DNA of 63,072 bases, the filler included, from Folioceros fuciformis (Eukaryota): NCBI GenBank assembly GCA_049999805.1. It is 9 parts of 9 records of this genome, joined end to end, with 100 filler letters (N's around TTAATTAATTAA, not from the genome) between each part and the next. Parts side by side here need not be neighbours in the genome. Positions count along the whole stretch, not along the records: positions 35,250 to 48,902 come from JBNGIO010005721.1; 8 more parts are not named here. One strand, given 5' to 3'. Shown here piece by piece: positions 36,150 through 48,600 of this stretch. The first letter of the stretch is position 1. The number at the start of each line of letters is the position of its first letter. A model generated the notes under the pieces. That model made no database searches. It was not told the origin of the DNA and saw only the letters and a list, made by a program, of their open reading frames with translations. Made by a program: the position numbers and the translations under genes.

Positions 36150-36640
36150 GATGGCTTAGAAAGAAGCAATCAGTTGAAAGAAACAACCAGTTGTTACACG
36201 CTCTTTAGTCAAGGCTGAATACATTGCTCTATCTATGGGGGGAGCCGACATCTCATGGTTTAAACAACTCCATCCAAGTTTTCGTCGACAACACGAGCTC
36301 AATTGAGCTAGCTCATCGACTTGGTTTTCACCCTCAAACTAAGCACATACCCATCCATTTTCATTATGTGCACGATTTAGTCAACTAAGGCATGATTCAG
36401 ATCTTGCACCTTTGCACCCAGGCGATGGTGGCGGACATCTTCACCAAGGCGCTCAGTGGCGCAAAGTTTACATAATATCTTTTTGTTTAGTTCTTGGTGT
36501 TGGTAAGTAATTTTTACTTGAAGGGGGATTTGGTAAGTAACTTGTGCTTGAAGGGGGAGTTGGTAAGTAACTTTTGCTTGAAGGAGGAGTATTAGAGATT
36601 CAATCCTTTGCTACTTACACTAGCATATTAGGAATAAACT
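36150..36640 (+). mobile_element. Old copia RNase H remnant with a triplicated PPT unit
   Basis: KQPVV...AEYIAL, TKHIPIHFHYV, ADIFTKAL; 30-bp TGGTAAGTAA...TTGAAGGGGGAG x3 at 36501-36590. Confidence 0.8.
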
Positions 36641-37048
36641 AGGATATTGCACTATCGAAACTAGAGCTTATCTCCTCGATATTTGCCCCCGCCCAAGGCC
36701 TATATATGGAGCACCTTGTGCACCATATTGGGTGGTACTGTGCAGCCCTGTTATACACCAGTGGTGTTATTGTGTGTGCCATCCATTGCCTCTGCTTAAG
36801 CGCTGTGCGTTCGATCTCGGTTTGGCAGAGTGTCGACGTGCAAGACGCGCCTGCTTCCTTCTCGATGTGCATCGCCGCTGTCCAAGGAAGTCGTGCCGAT
36901 TTCCGAGCCGCGTGACTTCGCGGCTTCCCGTCTTTCGGACAAACTACATACATAGCAGTATTGCGACTAACCACGCGATCGCTGTAACACATACTTTAAA
37001 TGCTAGCTCGACAGCGGGCTGGTGTTGGTTCGTCTTCAGTGGTTGTGG

Positions 37049-37089
37049 TGTACATTCAACCTGTGGTATATCCACAGGTTGAATGTACA
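37049..37089. repeat. Perfect 18-bp inverted repeat with 5-nt loop upstream of PPO
   Basis: TGTACATTCAACCTGTGG-TATAT-CCACAGGTTGAATGTACA. Confidence 0.95.
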
Positions 37090-37263
37090 GGTTAAAATTT
37101 ATTGCTAAAGCGACAAATAAGTCGTAGTCAACAAATAATTCTTTGGGGCCAACGCAATTCTGGTAGACTCATCAGCTTATGTGTGGAATGAGCGTGCCTC
37201 TCTGTGGGAGGAGGCTTGCTTTGCTGAGTTGCTCTTGGAGCGTCCTTCGGTCGGGACGTGAAG

Positions 37264-38761
37264 ATGGAGCTGCTGGCGAGCGCGCTGTGGATGCCAGTGC
37301 TTCTTGCAGCTTTGGGATTGATTATAACCGTGGCATCTGCCCCGCTACAGGCTGATTTCTGGAACTGCAGTCCCTTGCCGCTGTGGAATAGTTCCGTGAC
37401 TGGCGATCTCAGGCCCAACTGCTGCTCGCTGGAGGCGCTGATGCGGAAGCCCGAGCCGCTGTACAAGACATGGCAGCAATACTTAGATCAGAGCGGTCTT
37501 CGGGATAGGCCAATGCGAGTGCGTCCAGCTGCGCATCTCATCGCAGACAACGAAACATACCTGCAGCAGCTGGACCTGGCATACAGGCTGCACAAGGCGC
37601 TTCCAGACGCCGACCCAAGGTCACAGATTTCGCAGATGAACTTCCACTGCCAGTATGGCGCTCCTGGCGTGTTGCACCAGGCTGGCAATGAGTATTTCAA
37701 CTACCTCGTCCACAACAATTGGTATTTCTTCCCTTTCCACCGCTGGTAAGCTCTAAGTGGGTGTATTTGCAGCTCAAGTCATGCGGTCTGGCATTGCTTT
37801 TAATATTGCAGCTGGGGATGCGGATTCCGTCTCACCCTGGCAACCTGGCCTCGGCTGAAAACTAGGTTCACCTTCTTCTTCGAGAGGATGCTGGCCAAGT
37901 TGGTGGGCGATGAATCCTTCGTTCTGCCTTTCTGGAACTGGGACAATCAGAGCGCCGACTTCAAGCACCTTCCCAACACTGTTCCCCACTATTACCGCAA
38001 CCCTGACAAGTACCCAGGTCTGTATCACAAGTATCGCGATCCTCGTCACCGACCTGAAGCGGAGCCCGCAATCATCAACCTCATTCGCGCATCCGTCGCC
38101 TCAGGGTTTTCTCCCACGACGGCGCAGGAGGTAGCTCAGGCTCGGGTACTCAACAAGGCGCACCTGCGAAGCTTGATCGTCGACCGCACCGCCAACGGCA
38201 ACATAGAAAACTTCCTCTCAGACCCGATACGATTGGGAGAGACCACTGACCGCGACCGTGAGAACTGGAGACTTGGATTCGAAGCGCAAGCGCATTTGGC
38301 TGTGCATGACTGGATGGGAGACCCGGCTTATTCATTCGCGGATATGGGGTTGGTTTACCATGCTGTTCGAGACCCGATATTCTTTGCCCACCATGCCAAC
38401 GTTGACAGGATATGGAAAGTCTGGACGGTGGGTTGCAAGTAATGAAAGCAAGGATGGACGACAATCATCAATCAATCAAATTTCGACCCTCCCATGTGAG
38501 ACTGACACTGTTGACATGTGCATTGTTCAGGGACTCGAGGGCAGGCGCAACTATGACGACCCCGACTTCCTGGACGCTACCTTCTACTTCTACGATGAGA
38601 ATGCGGAGATTGTGAGAGTCACCGTTGCTGAGTGTCTCAATTCTGACCTCCTGAAATACACCGAACAAGACGTGGAGAACGAGTGGGTGACGTATGAGGC
38701 ACCAGCCGATTCAGCCCTTCTCCTCGGCGACCCATCTCCAGCACGTTCCGAAGCATGGTGA
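37264..38761 (+). CDS. PPO: Polyphenol oxidase (type-3 copper); exons 37264-37745, 37866-38427, 38531-38761; 424 aa
   Basis: Signal-peptide-like N-terminus; RVRPAAH; DPRS..QMNFHCQYG; VHNNWYFFPFHRW; LPFWNWD; EAQAHLAVH; RDPIFFAHHANVDRIW; DPDFLDATFYFYDEN; two GT-AG introns preserve the frame. Confidence 0.92.
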
Positions 38762-39540
38762 CTGGCTCACCCGTACTTGAATCGACCGATTCAAGCCTTG
38801 ACGTCCACAACCCATGCTCAGCACGGTACCGAGCATGAATGGCTACAGACACGCTGCCTGCAGCAGCTAGTTCGAACATGTGTGAATTCCTCGTTCTCCG
38901 TCATTACTTACTCCTAGTGCCATAGATGCAAGAGTCCGGTAGCCTCCCTAACTGCCTGCCGCAACAGTTTGTAGGTATTGAGGTTGTCCAATTGCATTGG
39001 CGCTATCGAAAATAATCGTGGAGTCAGGCAGCAAGCATACAATTATCATATGTTAATGCTAGAAGTACATATCTAGCAGTGTTAATATTCCAATCGGACT
39101 TCAAGAACCCACTTGTGCTTTGTGCCTGACACTGGTCTGTCACGTACTTGCTCTATAGAGACTGCTGCTGGCATCGGAGGTTGTACATGTATGCACCATC
39201 TTTTGTGGGGTGCAGCGATTTGGAAGCTAGATAATTGCAGCTGCCAATGGTCGCAATGATCGCTGGCGCTGGGACCCTCTGCCGTGCAGTGAGTAACATG
39301 CCCTGCAAAGTGATACCGGAAAAGCATAGCAAGGACTGAACAGCGCACCAAATGCCAGCGCCGACCGTGAAATCTTACAGGCACAGCAATCCTTTTTCCC
39401 TCTAAAAACCACAGCTCTGGAAAGCGCAGCAATTTCTTGTTACCTTGAAAACCACAGATATGAAAAACACTGCAATTTTTATTCCTTTCAAAATCACAGC
39501 AATGGAAAGGAGAGGAGTTTTTTATAAAAGGGGCCACGTT

Positions 39541-39715
39541 GCCAAACAGGACAACACGCTTGCGATATGACATTTCAACCAAAAGTGGCAATCCATCAAA
39601 CACGCCATGTGCCAAACAGGACAATACGCGTGCGCTTTGGCATTTCAACCAAAAGTGGCAATCCATGAAACACGCCATGTGCCAAACAGGACAACACCCT
39701 TGCGCTTTGGCACCA
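39541..39715. repeat. 70-bp tandem repeat, about 2.5 copies; a looser 42-bp repeat lies at about 39403-39510
   Basis: GCCAAACAGGACAA at 39541, 39611 and 39681. Confidence 0.9.
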
Positions 39716-39958
39716 AAGTGACCAAGCATCCAATGTGAACAACATGCTAGTACATTTTTAAACTATTTTTTCCCAAGGTTTCTTTGAGTATATTTTGCCA
39801 ATGACTATTACAATCCACTATGGTGCCTTCTCCAAAGCAATCGGTGTTACAAAAGTGGACACTTAGAACAATTTAAACACCAACTTTTCTTTCCAAAGTG
39901 CAAACTTAGAACAATTTAATAACCAACTTTTCTTTTCTTCCAAGGTCAGGGAAGAGGC

Positions 39959-41962
39959 TGTGCAAAACACCAGCGGAGGTGAGAGAATAGCAAAAGCATA
40001 AAACAGAACAATAAAATGAGAGTACAAAATCGTTTAAATACTTTCTAAGTGACTGTTCATATTGCAACCTTAGATAGCTTAACATGTGTGTAAGGTTTAA
40101 CTAAATCATTTATTCTTATCACCCCCTCTTAAATTAAACACTGTAAGCTTAGATGACCTTCACGTAAAACCCTTAACGCAGAAAACCACGAGGAGTTGCT
40201 GCTCGTGAGGAGAAGGCCATTGTGTGGCTCGCATGCACGCTCAGTACACGGTTGTTGGGAAGCAATCATCCATCTTCTGTCCTGCATAGGAATCCCACTA
40301 GCTCTTAAGGATGGCCACCAACATTTGCTGCTCTCATTGCACAAAACCCAGCTCTTAATGTTTGCCTGCATCCAGCTGCTAAGCTTTCTGATCATGGAGA
40401 CTCGGAGAGGAACTGATCACGGTGCTGGCAACCGTAGAATCGGCAGGCGGCGCAAGGTGCAGTCCACAGAATCTGCCTTGAGCTCGGCATCCACGCAGGA
40501 GGAGCCAAGCACGGGCTGGTCATGGGAGGGGCGCAACTACACCGGCCAGCGCATTTGCGCAGGAGGCTATCACGTGGAGCTCAACATTACACTAGTTTGG
40601 GGACGTGTGTGAGAAGGAGAAGAGATAAAGCTGCCCAAGGAATCTTTAGGAGCAAATGGTGAAGATGGCCTCATCAAGCAATTGGAGAAAGCTACAGCCT
40701 TGCTGGAGTTACAAAAGAAGAGGCAATATGAAGAGTAGGGCTGCTGTGAAGGAGGCAGCCAGGCGATTAGGTAGAAATTTTTGCTTCATCCGCCTACTGG
40801 TCCTTTTAGCTCTTGTGTATTCAGCCTGTCTGACCTGATTACCTACCCACTTGTGTGTGCTTGTGCAGAACCTGGACGCCAGGGAGTGAGGAGCATACAT
40901 CATAAAATCTGGAAGCACGACTTCCACCCCCCTTATACCAAGATTAGTGCACATCACTGGTCAAAATAGATAGAAAAATCATGAAGTCCTAGGCCTTCCA
41001 TGTGTGTGAAATGCTTAGGTTTAGGCAGTCCCTTGGTCAAGATATCTGCTGTATTCTCATCTATCAGGATGTAATCAACCTTAACAATCCCTCGTTCCAC
41101 AACATCTCATATGTAGTGGTGTTGAATTTCAATGTGCTTTGTTCGTGCATGATGTTTCGGCTTGGACACTAATTCCAGTGCACCTGTATTGTCACAGAGG
41201 ATAACGGTAGGCTAGAGCTGCTTTTCGTTGAGGACAGCGAGGAAGGTTCTCTCCCACTCAGCTTCCTTAGAGGCCTCCGTCAGCGATTTGTACTCCGATT
41301 CGGTGCTGCTGAGGGATATGGAAGCTTTGCTTCTTGCAACTCCAGGTTACAGCAGCATTGGCCAGCAGAAAACACTAGGTTGAAAGACTGCGATGGGAGT
41401 CAAAATCGGTGGCCCAATTTGCATCTGTGAACCCTGTAAGTGTAAGCTTGGAATTTCTGCTTTGTTTGTACATAAGCCCATAACGATGTGTGCCCTTTAG
41501 GTAGCGAAAGATGCGCTTCACAGCTACCCAATGTGGCCTGCCAGGATTCTCGAGAAACTGTGAGACAGTGCTCACTGAATATTGGATGTCTAGCCTGGTC
41601 CAGTTGGCCACGAAAATCAAACTGCCGGTAGCATGTCGATAAGGTACATCAGCCAAGTCTTTTCTGTCAGCTTGTGTTTCAGGGCACTGTTCTCGCGTGA
41701 GCTTGACTCATGTTGCATATGGTGTAGCTGCTAGGCATGCTTGGTCTAGGTGAAACTTGTGCAAGATCTCATCAACATACTTGAATTGGTGGATGTACAT
41801 GAGGCCCTCGGAGCGGACTCGCAGCAACTGGATGCCAAGGCAAAACTTGAGCTCACCAATATCCTTCATGGTGAATTTGCTGGAGAGCTTGGCCTTGACA
41901 TCTGACAACAGCTTCTGATCATTTGTGGCAAAGATCACGTCATCCACATAAAGTGCAAGAAG
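39959..41962 (-). mobile_element. Copia-D 3' part: RT and RNase H (decayed), 3' region, PPT (40122-40130), 3' LTR (39959-40121)
   Basis: LYVDDVIF, FTDANWATD, TKHIEIQHHY; minus strand AAGAGGGGG then TGATAAG...GCACA. Confidence 0.9.
40394..40738 (+). pseudogene. Antisense accessory ORF of Copia-D, one internal TGA
   Basis: METRRG...WEGRNYTGQRICAGGYHVELNITLVWGRV*EGEE...LIKQLEKATALLELQKKRQYEE; aligns with 23594-23893. Confidence 0.65.
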
Positions 41963-44900
41963 TGAAAATAGATATATATATAAATATCTAACTATACATA
42001 TATAGATAGGCGTACAGGTCCTAGGTTAAGTGACCTAGTAATGGTAATAATTGTCCGTCGCATACACATGACACCGGAGTGTGTAACTACCATAATGTAT
42101 TCAACTATCTTTGGACCTACTATCGTGACCGCGTCGCATCTGATGATTGTCATGGTATCAGAGCGGGAATCTTCCCGATTCCTGGTCTGATTTATCCAAA
42201 TCTGTTCTTCCTGCGCTGCGCCACGATTTCTCCATTTTTTCTTGAGGTTTTGCTGTGTGTGGCGGCATTCTTTTTCTTATTACTCTGTTCCTACCTCATT
42301 GTTTCGACTACAATTAGCAGCAACGATGCATCCTGTGCGATTTCTTGAGGTCGGAGCCCTGCTATCCAGTTGGTGCTGTTGCTGCAAATGCGTTCTAGCT
42401 CCCCATTGTGGACAATGCTCCAAACAGCCCAACGAGTCAGCAGCCATGCCTGGCCTCCGAAAACACCTGAGGTTAGCACGAAGAGCACAGAGACAGCGGG
42501 AATTGCGTGTGTGGATGAAGGAGCAAGATGACCTTTGCCTGAAAACTCTCACATCCACACGCTGGGATCAAGTATGGATAAAGATTTGTATAATCCTTGA
42601 CCTAATGGCAACCAATGCCTCTCAAAACTTTCCCATTCTTGATGGTTATGATTGGCGCACGTTTGATGTGTCTGACCTTGCTTGAACAATATGCTGCTTT
42701 CCGCTAGTAGAGAGATTCTTTACCTGCACTTTCCTATTCAAGCACAAGATGCACGTCAGCATCTTTATTACCATCTGGAGGAGCTATTTTTAAGGGTGAA
42801 GGAGCCGGAGCTTGAACACATACTTAGAGAGTATGCATCTCGTATACTCCTGCACATCAGCAATGAGTATCCGCTAAGTGTAACACAAGCATTAAAAGTT
42901 ACCTTAGATATATGTTTCGGAACAAGCCTTCCGCCTTCCTATAAGGCGAAGGGGATTGCCCTGAAGCCCTAGAGGGCACAGACAATCATGGCCCAACAGT
43001 CAATAACCTCAACTCCTGCAGCTAACTTCATCCCAAAGGAAGACAAGTTTGATGGAGAAAACTATCATGTGTGGAAAAGAAGCATTGAGGCAATACTCAA
43101 GTCGAGCAAATTGTGGGCCCATGTGAATGGTGTAGGCACACCCCCAGTGCCTACACCTAAGCCTTGCCCTGGAGCAACACCAGAAGCAATAACAAAATGG
43201 GACGAAGATGAGCAAGTAGCCCAAACCCTACTGCACTTCAGCACACATACTAGCGTTTTTCAAGGCCCCGAAGACAGTGCAGCTGCTCGGTGGAAACAAG
43301 TCAAGCTCCTGTATGACTCAAGGGACCTCATGCTTCAGACATATGTTCTCAAGCAATTCATTGGCCTAAAAATGAAGAAGACAGCCCCTGTAGACAAACA
43401 TGTACTCGATTTTTGCAATGCAAGAGCGAAAATGGTGTCAGCAGGGTTCCAGCTTGAGGAGGAGCTTCTTGCCGTTATCCTCCTCACTACCCTTCCAGAG
43501 ACCTGGACAAGTGTTGTTCAAGGCCTGCAGGAGGCGAGGCCCATATCTGTCACTCGAGTTATAGCAGCTATGCTAACCGAGGAGTCTAGAAGAAAAATGG
43601 CAAATAACTCTATCTCCCCTGGAGGAGATAGAGCTATATGGACAAGTAAACCTCGAAGAGGAAGAGGATGTGGGCGTCCTTTCATTTGAGGCAGAGGTAG
43701 AGGCAGAGCCCTGACCCCGAGACCTCCTGTTTTTGGTAGCACAAAGCCTCGACCTTCATGTGGTTACTGCGGAATGAAAAACCACACATGGGAAGTTTGC
43801 CGGAAACGCCTTACAGTTGAGGGTAGCCACTCTTCTGGTCACCTTGCAGTCACAATGCAAGAATATAGTCATGCCTTCTGTACCAGTGTAATTTCAGACC
43901 CCACAGACTCTTACACCTCCAAGAAGTGTAATGTTGCCACCTGCTATGTGGGTCAGTCGGAGCATACTTGGTACATCGACAGTGGCGCTTCCCAACACAT
44001 GACACCCCATGCTGCATATTTTACAAACATCTATGAGAGCATACCTGGCAAGTTTGTATGTCTCTGTGATAATTCCCAGCATCGTATAGAAGGCCAAGGT
44101 ACTATCCGGTTCGACTTGCAGCTCAAACAGCATCTAGAAATTCCAGATGTCCTCTATGTACCTGGCCTCGCTAAGAATCTGGTCTCCGTCAAAAAGATCG
44201 ACCAATCAGGGTGCTATGTGTGTTTTGGTGATGGGAGAAGAAGGACGGCACTCTCCTCGCTACAAGGCATCTGCAAAAGGATGATTTATATCACTTAGAC
44301 CTCCTCCAGGAAAAAGCCTATGGAGCATCAAACAACTCACATTTTGTGAAGCCTTCATTGACGTACCTTTGGCACCTACTCCTGGGACACGTCAACTTCC
44401 AGAAGCTCGTGGCCATGTACAAAAGTAAATTGGTGGATGGCATTACTCTTGACAGCCTCGACGACTTTGGAGTCTGTGAGGCTTGTGTCTTTGGGAAGCA
44501 CAAGCGAAGTGCCTTTCCTACAGGACAAGCAACACGAGCCACTGCAATTTTAGGCCTTGTGCATAGTGATGTTTGTGGCAAACTACCTGTTTCTATTGGC
44601 GGCAAGCAGTACTTCACTACGTTTATTGACGACTTTTCTAGATTTTGTGTAGTCTACTTGTTGAAACACACGACTGAGACCTTTGCTTATTTTGTGGAGT
44701 ACAAAGTGTGGGCAGCGAATTTTAAAAATACTGAGGACTGACAATGGTGGCGAATACCTGTCTAGTGAGTTTGATGCATACTGTTGTCAACATGGCATAA
44801 GTAGGCAGCTGACAAACACGTACACCCCTCAACAGAACAGCGTGTCGGAGCATAAGAATCAGGCTCTTGAAACTTCTGCATCCAGTATGCTTCAGTATGC

Positions 44901-45695
44901 TCAGCTACCTCAGAGTTACTGGTTAGAGGTTGTTGCATATGCAGCCTTTATACAAAACCGAATTGCTCACAAGTTAGTGGAAGGAAAGACACCTTATGAG
45001 GTCTGGACAGGAAGGAAACCCAACCTGTCATCTCTACGAGTGTTTGGGTTGACTGTATATGCTCAAGTACACAAGGACCTGCACAAAAAATTTGAGCCAA
45101 AATCAGATCGCTGCATTTTTATAGGATTTACTGATGGCATCAAAGGCTACAAAATTCTCAATCGACGTACCAAGCAGGTGACACATTCCAGGGACGTGGT
45201 GTTTGTCGAGGCGTCGAAGCCAATCAACCAGTGGGAGCTGCCTTCTCTGATTCTGAGGATGACTCCACAAAAGAAGTGGAGGAGATGATTGTTGGACAGA
45301 TTCCGGTACCTTTTCCAGGACCCATTCCAGCACAGAACAAACCTCTAGTGGCACCTCCTAGACCACCAGATGCGCCACAGTCCCTTGTAATGCACACACC
45401 CCTGCGAGTGCATAGCTCCCGCAGCTTGTTTGAGTCCCCTTCTGCCCTTAATCTTGATGCACCTGAGACAATCATTTCGATAGCTACACCAGAAGGACTA
45501 CACAGAAGGAAGAACAAGCTTGCTCACCTCGAGCCTCAGTGATCCCTTAGAGCTCGGAAGCCTCCTGATATGTATGTGTTAGATGATTTCAAGCGCCCTA
45601 AGACTAATCTGGCACACTGTCTAGCTGCCAACACTTTATTCTATGAGCCTCCTACTTATGAGGCAGCCTTAAGCTGTCCAGATGCTGAGCATTGG
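41963..45695 (+). mobile_element. Copia-E 5' part nested in Copia-D: LTR (41963-42152), PBS-Met (42153-42164), upstream ORF, gag, protease, integrase
   Basis: TGAAAA...TGTCA then TGGTATCAGAGC; DKFDGENYHVWK; CGYCGMKNHTWEVC; YIDSGASQHM; VHSDVCG; RTDNGGEY; YEPPTYEAAL. Confidence 0.93.
42446..42972 (+). pseudogene. ORF0 / gag N-terminal extension of Copia-E, one frameshift at about 42683
   Basis: MPGLRKHLRLARRAQRQRELRVWMKEQDDLC...LLSASREILYLHF...; the second half is in frame with gag (42988) across one TAG. Confidence 0.6.
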
Positions 45696-48600
45696 TGTGG
45701 AGGCACTGATTGCAAACGGATTCCACCTTTAGTGGCCACACTTATCCCACTATCGTTGAGACATTGGGTTTCGTTCCCACGAAGGAGCGATGGGGTTCCT
45801 TGCTGCTGTGGATGGAGGGTCGGACTTGATCGACTCGATGATGGATTCGAGGGCTCCCCTCCAGCTCCGATCAGGCGTAGGACAGGCCTCGCTGTCCGGC
45901 AGTTAGCTGCACCTCTCTCGGTGCCCACAAACTCACTCCAGTCACTACGACTCTAACATCTCAGACCTGCGACTTCTCTCACACACTTCACTCACTCTCT
46001 CACTCCAGCACCAACACCAGCAACTACCAGCCACCAGCAACGACACCACTACCTTCTACACTTCCCTACGGACTCCTCCTACCCAGCAAGAGTCACTAGA
46101 CTAACCCCAAACAAAAGGAAGAAGGGAACACACTCCCCTCTTAGGTATCTCCTCCCCACAACCTTACCCGACGCCATGAGACATGGCCGGCCTACAGCAC
46201 TTGACCAAGCAAGGAACAAGAGTGGACAGGTCGAGAGGAAGACACACCCTTTACAATCAAGAGCTAGGGGCAAGCCCCTTCACCCTGGTCATTACACCTT
46301 GTGATCCTACCAGACACTATACAACCGGCAACACGCTGCCCGCGATCCTACCAGACACTGTACAGCCGGCAACACGCTGCCTGCGATCCTACCAGACACT
46401 GTACAGCCGGCAACACACGGCTTGCGATCCTACCAGACGTTGCACAGCCGGCAACACACTGTAGGTCCTAGACCAAGCAGGGACAGACCATAAGAGCTCA
46501 TGAAGAGAGGACCTCCAAGAGCTCATAAAGAGATAGACTGACTCCCAAAAGTGAATGACTCCCTCCTCCTACAGGCTCACCTGATCTTATAGGAGCCTCT
46601 CTCTCTCTCTGACTTCACCTCTCTCTAACTTGAGAAATATTATTTTAATAGCCTTAGCCGGCTGTCACCAGCCACTTATTTAGACTTCTAGCACAACCTG
46701 CCACCAATGAGCTTCTGGCCCTACCACCACAAGGATCTACCACCTCTTAGACTATCCACAGACTTCGGAGGATGTATGATCTTCAAAGATCTGCGGACGC
46801 CGCCTCTTCCTTGCTGGATGGTCGCCCGCTAAGTCTTCCCCTGCAACTGTTCACCCTTGGTGGCTGAGCCAGCCTCTAGGGGAGGAGCATGCGCAATGGG
46901 AAAGATAGAGAAGAGGTGGGAAGGAGTGGGATCAGCAGCCGGAACCTGGCCTGAAAACGGTAGCCTATTCAGCGGGATCAGCTCCCAGCCGAAATGGTTC
47001 CTCGGCCATGGAAGACTGACCCTAGGGTGCTGGGGAAGGCCCTGAAGAATTGGCAGCGGGGTAGGATGGCAGGAGGCGGAGGGGAAACAGGACAGCAGCG
47101 GAAGAGGAGGGGCAGATCAGCAGGCAGTGAGTGGGGAAAGAATAGGAGGACTGGCTGTGAGGCAAGGAGGAGGGGATGGGAGGGAGAAATTGGAAGGGAA
47201 GGGGCTAGATCAGCCCGTGGCGAGGGGAGATGGCAGCGGGATTGGAGAAAACGGGCAGGAGGGGGAAAAGGGAGGAGGGGGAAGGGGAAATGGCAGCACC
47301 AGCAGCGGGAGAGCAACGGGGTTGTAGATTGAGGAGGAAATCGGGAGCAAAAATCAGCGGAAAGAAGAAGAAAATTCCCGGCCAGATCCTGCAGCTTGCC
47401 TCAGCCTCCTCTCCTGCAGACCTTCGCTCCCATCACCCGTCGATCTCTCCTCCTGCCTGCAATCTAGATCCAAAGAAGAAACAGGAAGGGAAGATTGAGA
47501 AGGAAGGGAGGAAGAAGGGGAAGGGGGCAAGAAGGGAATGGAGGAGGAAGGGAGAAAGGGGGAAAAGGCATGGGGGCAGCTGCAACCCCTGCCTCTAGCT
47601 GTAGCTAGGGCATGGCCTCCACAACCGTTCATGCCAGCCAAGCAATCAGCCAGCCTATCGTCAGACCCTGACCCCTGACACTGACATACCCAGATACCCG
47701 TTCCTATGTTCAAACCATTATTATATTATTATATTATTTAATCATTTAATATTATATATCTTTAATTAATATTAAACTAATCACCCAACCCTATGGCCTG
47801 GTACCAAACCTAAACCTTCCCAGCTCTGGGACCAAACCTATACCCACTCTTATAACCAAACCCACTATTTCTTGGTCAATTAACCCAATTAGCACAAAGA
47901 AAAATAGGAAAAATGACCAGAAAATCAAGGAAAATTAGGGAAAATAAGTTGAAAAAGAAAACCAAACCATACCACTATTAACCCTTTTTCAACCAAAACA
48001 AACTACTACCCCAAACTTTGGAGGTTCACATGCCCCCCTTCTCAGCTGTTTGCGTCCTCGCAAACAACTAACCCTCACAGGGCTGATAGTACTTCTTGAC
48101 TTGCCAACCATTGACCCTAGTTGGCAACAAATCACCATCCAATACCCTCAATTGGACAGACCCATTCTCAAACACTTCCTCCACCTTGTAAGGACCCATC
48201 CATCTCAGCCTCAGCTTACCTGGGAAATCCATGTATCTACTATCATACAGTAGCACCAGATCGCCCTGCACGATGGTCTCCTTCTTCCTCAACCTACCAT
48301 CGTGGCGGGTTTTCCTTTGCTCTTGTATCCTATGTGTCTCCTCCAAGGCTTCTTCTCGGTCCTCCTCGTAGGCGATGAAAGCTTCCAACCTAGCTTCTTG
48401 GCTCTCCCTCACCGNNNNNNNNNNNNNNNNNNNNNNNNNNNNNNNNNNNNNNNNNNNNNNNNNNNNNNNNNNNNNNNNNNNNNNNNNNNNNNNNNNNNNN
48501 NNNNNNNNNNNNNNACATACCATAGGTCAAGTAGTATGGAGTCCTCTTCGTGGTGATCTTCTCTGCCGTCCTGTAAGCCCAAAGTGCTGAATGCAACTTG

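Noticed and set aside
36639-37082. Overlapping ORFs upstream of PPO
   Set aside because: No recognisable domain or splice structure; cannot be supported as a gene.
39082-39729. 215-aa minus-strand ORF
   Set aside because: Largely produced by the 70-bp and 42-bp tandem repeats; no family motif.
46857-47713. Several ORFs over 100 aa in the X LTR
   Set aside because: Purine-rich low-complexity sequence is open in many frames; no protein-like motif.
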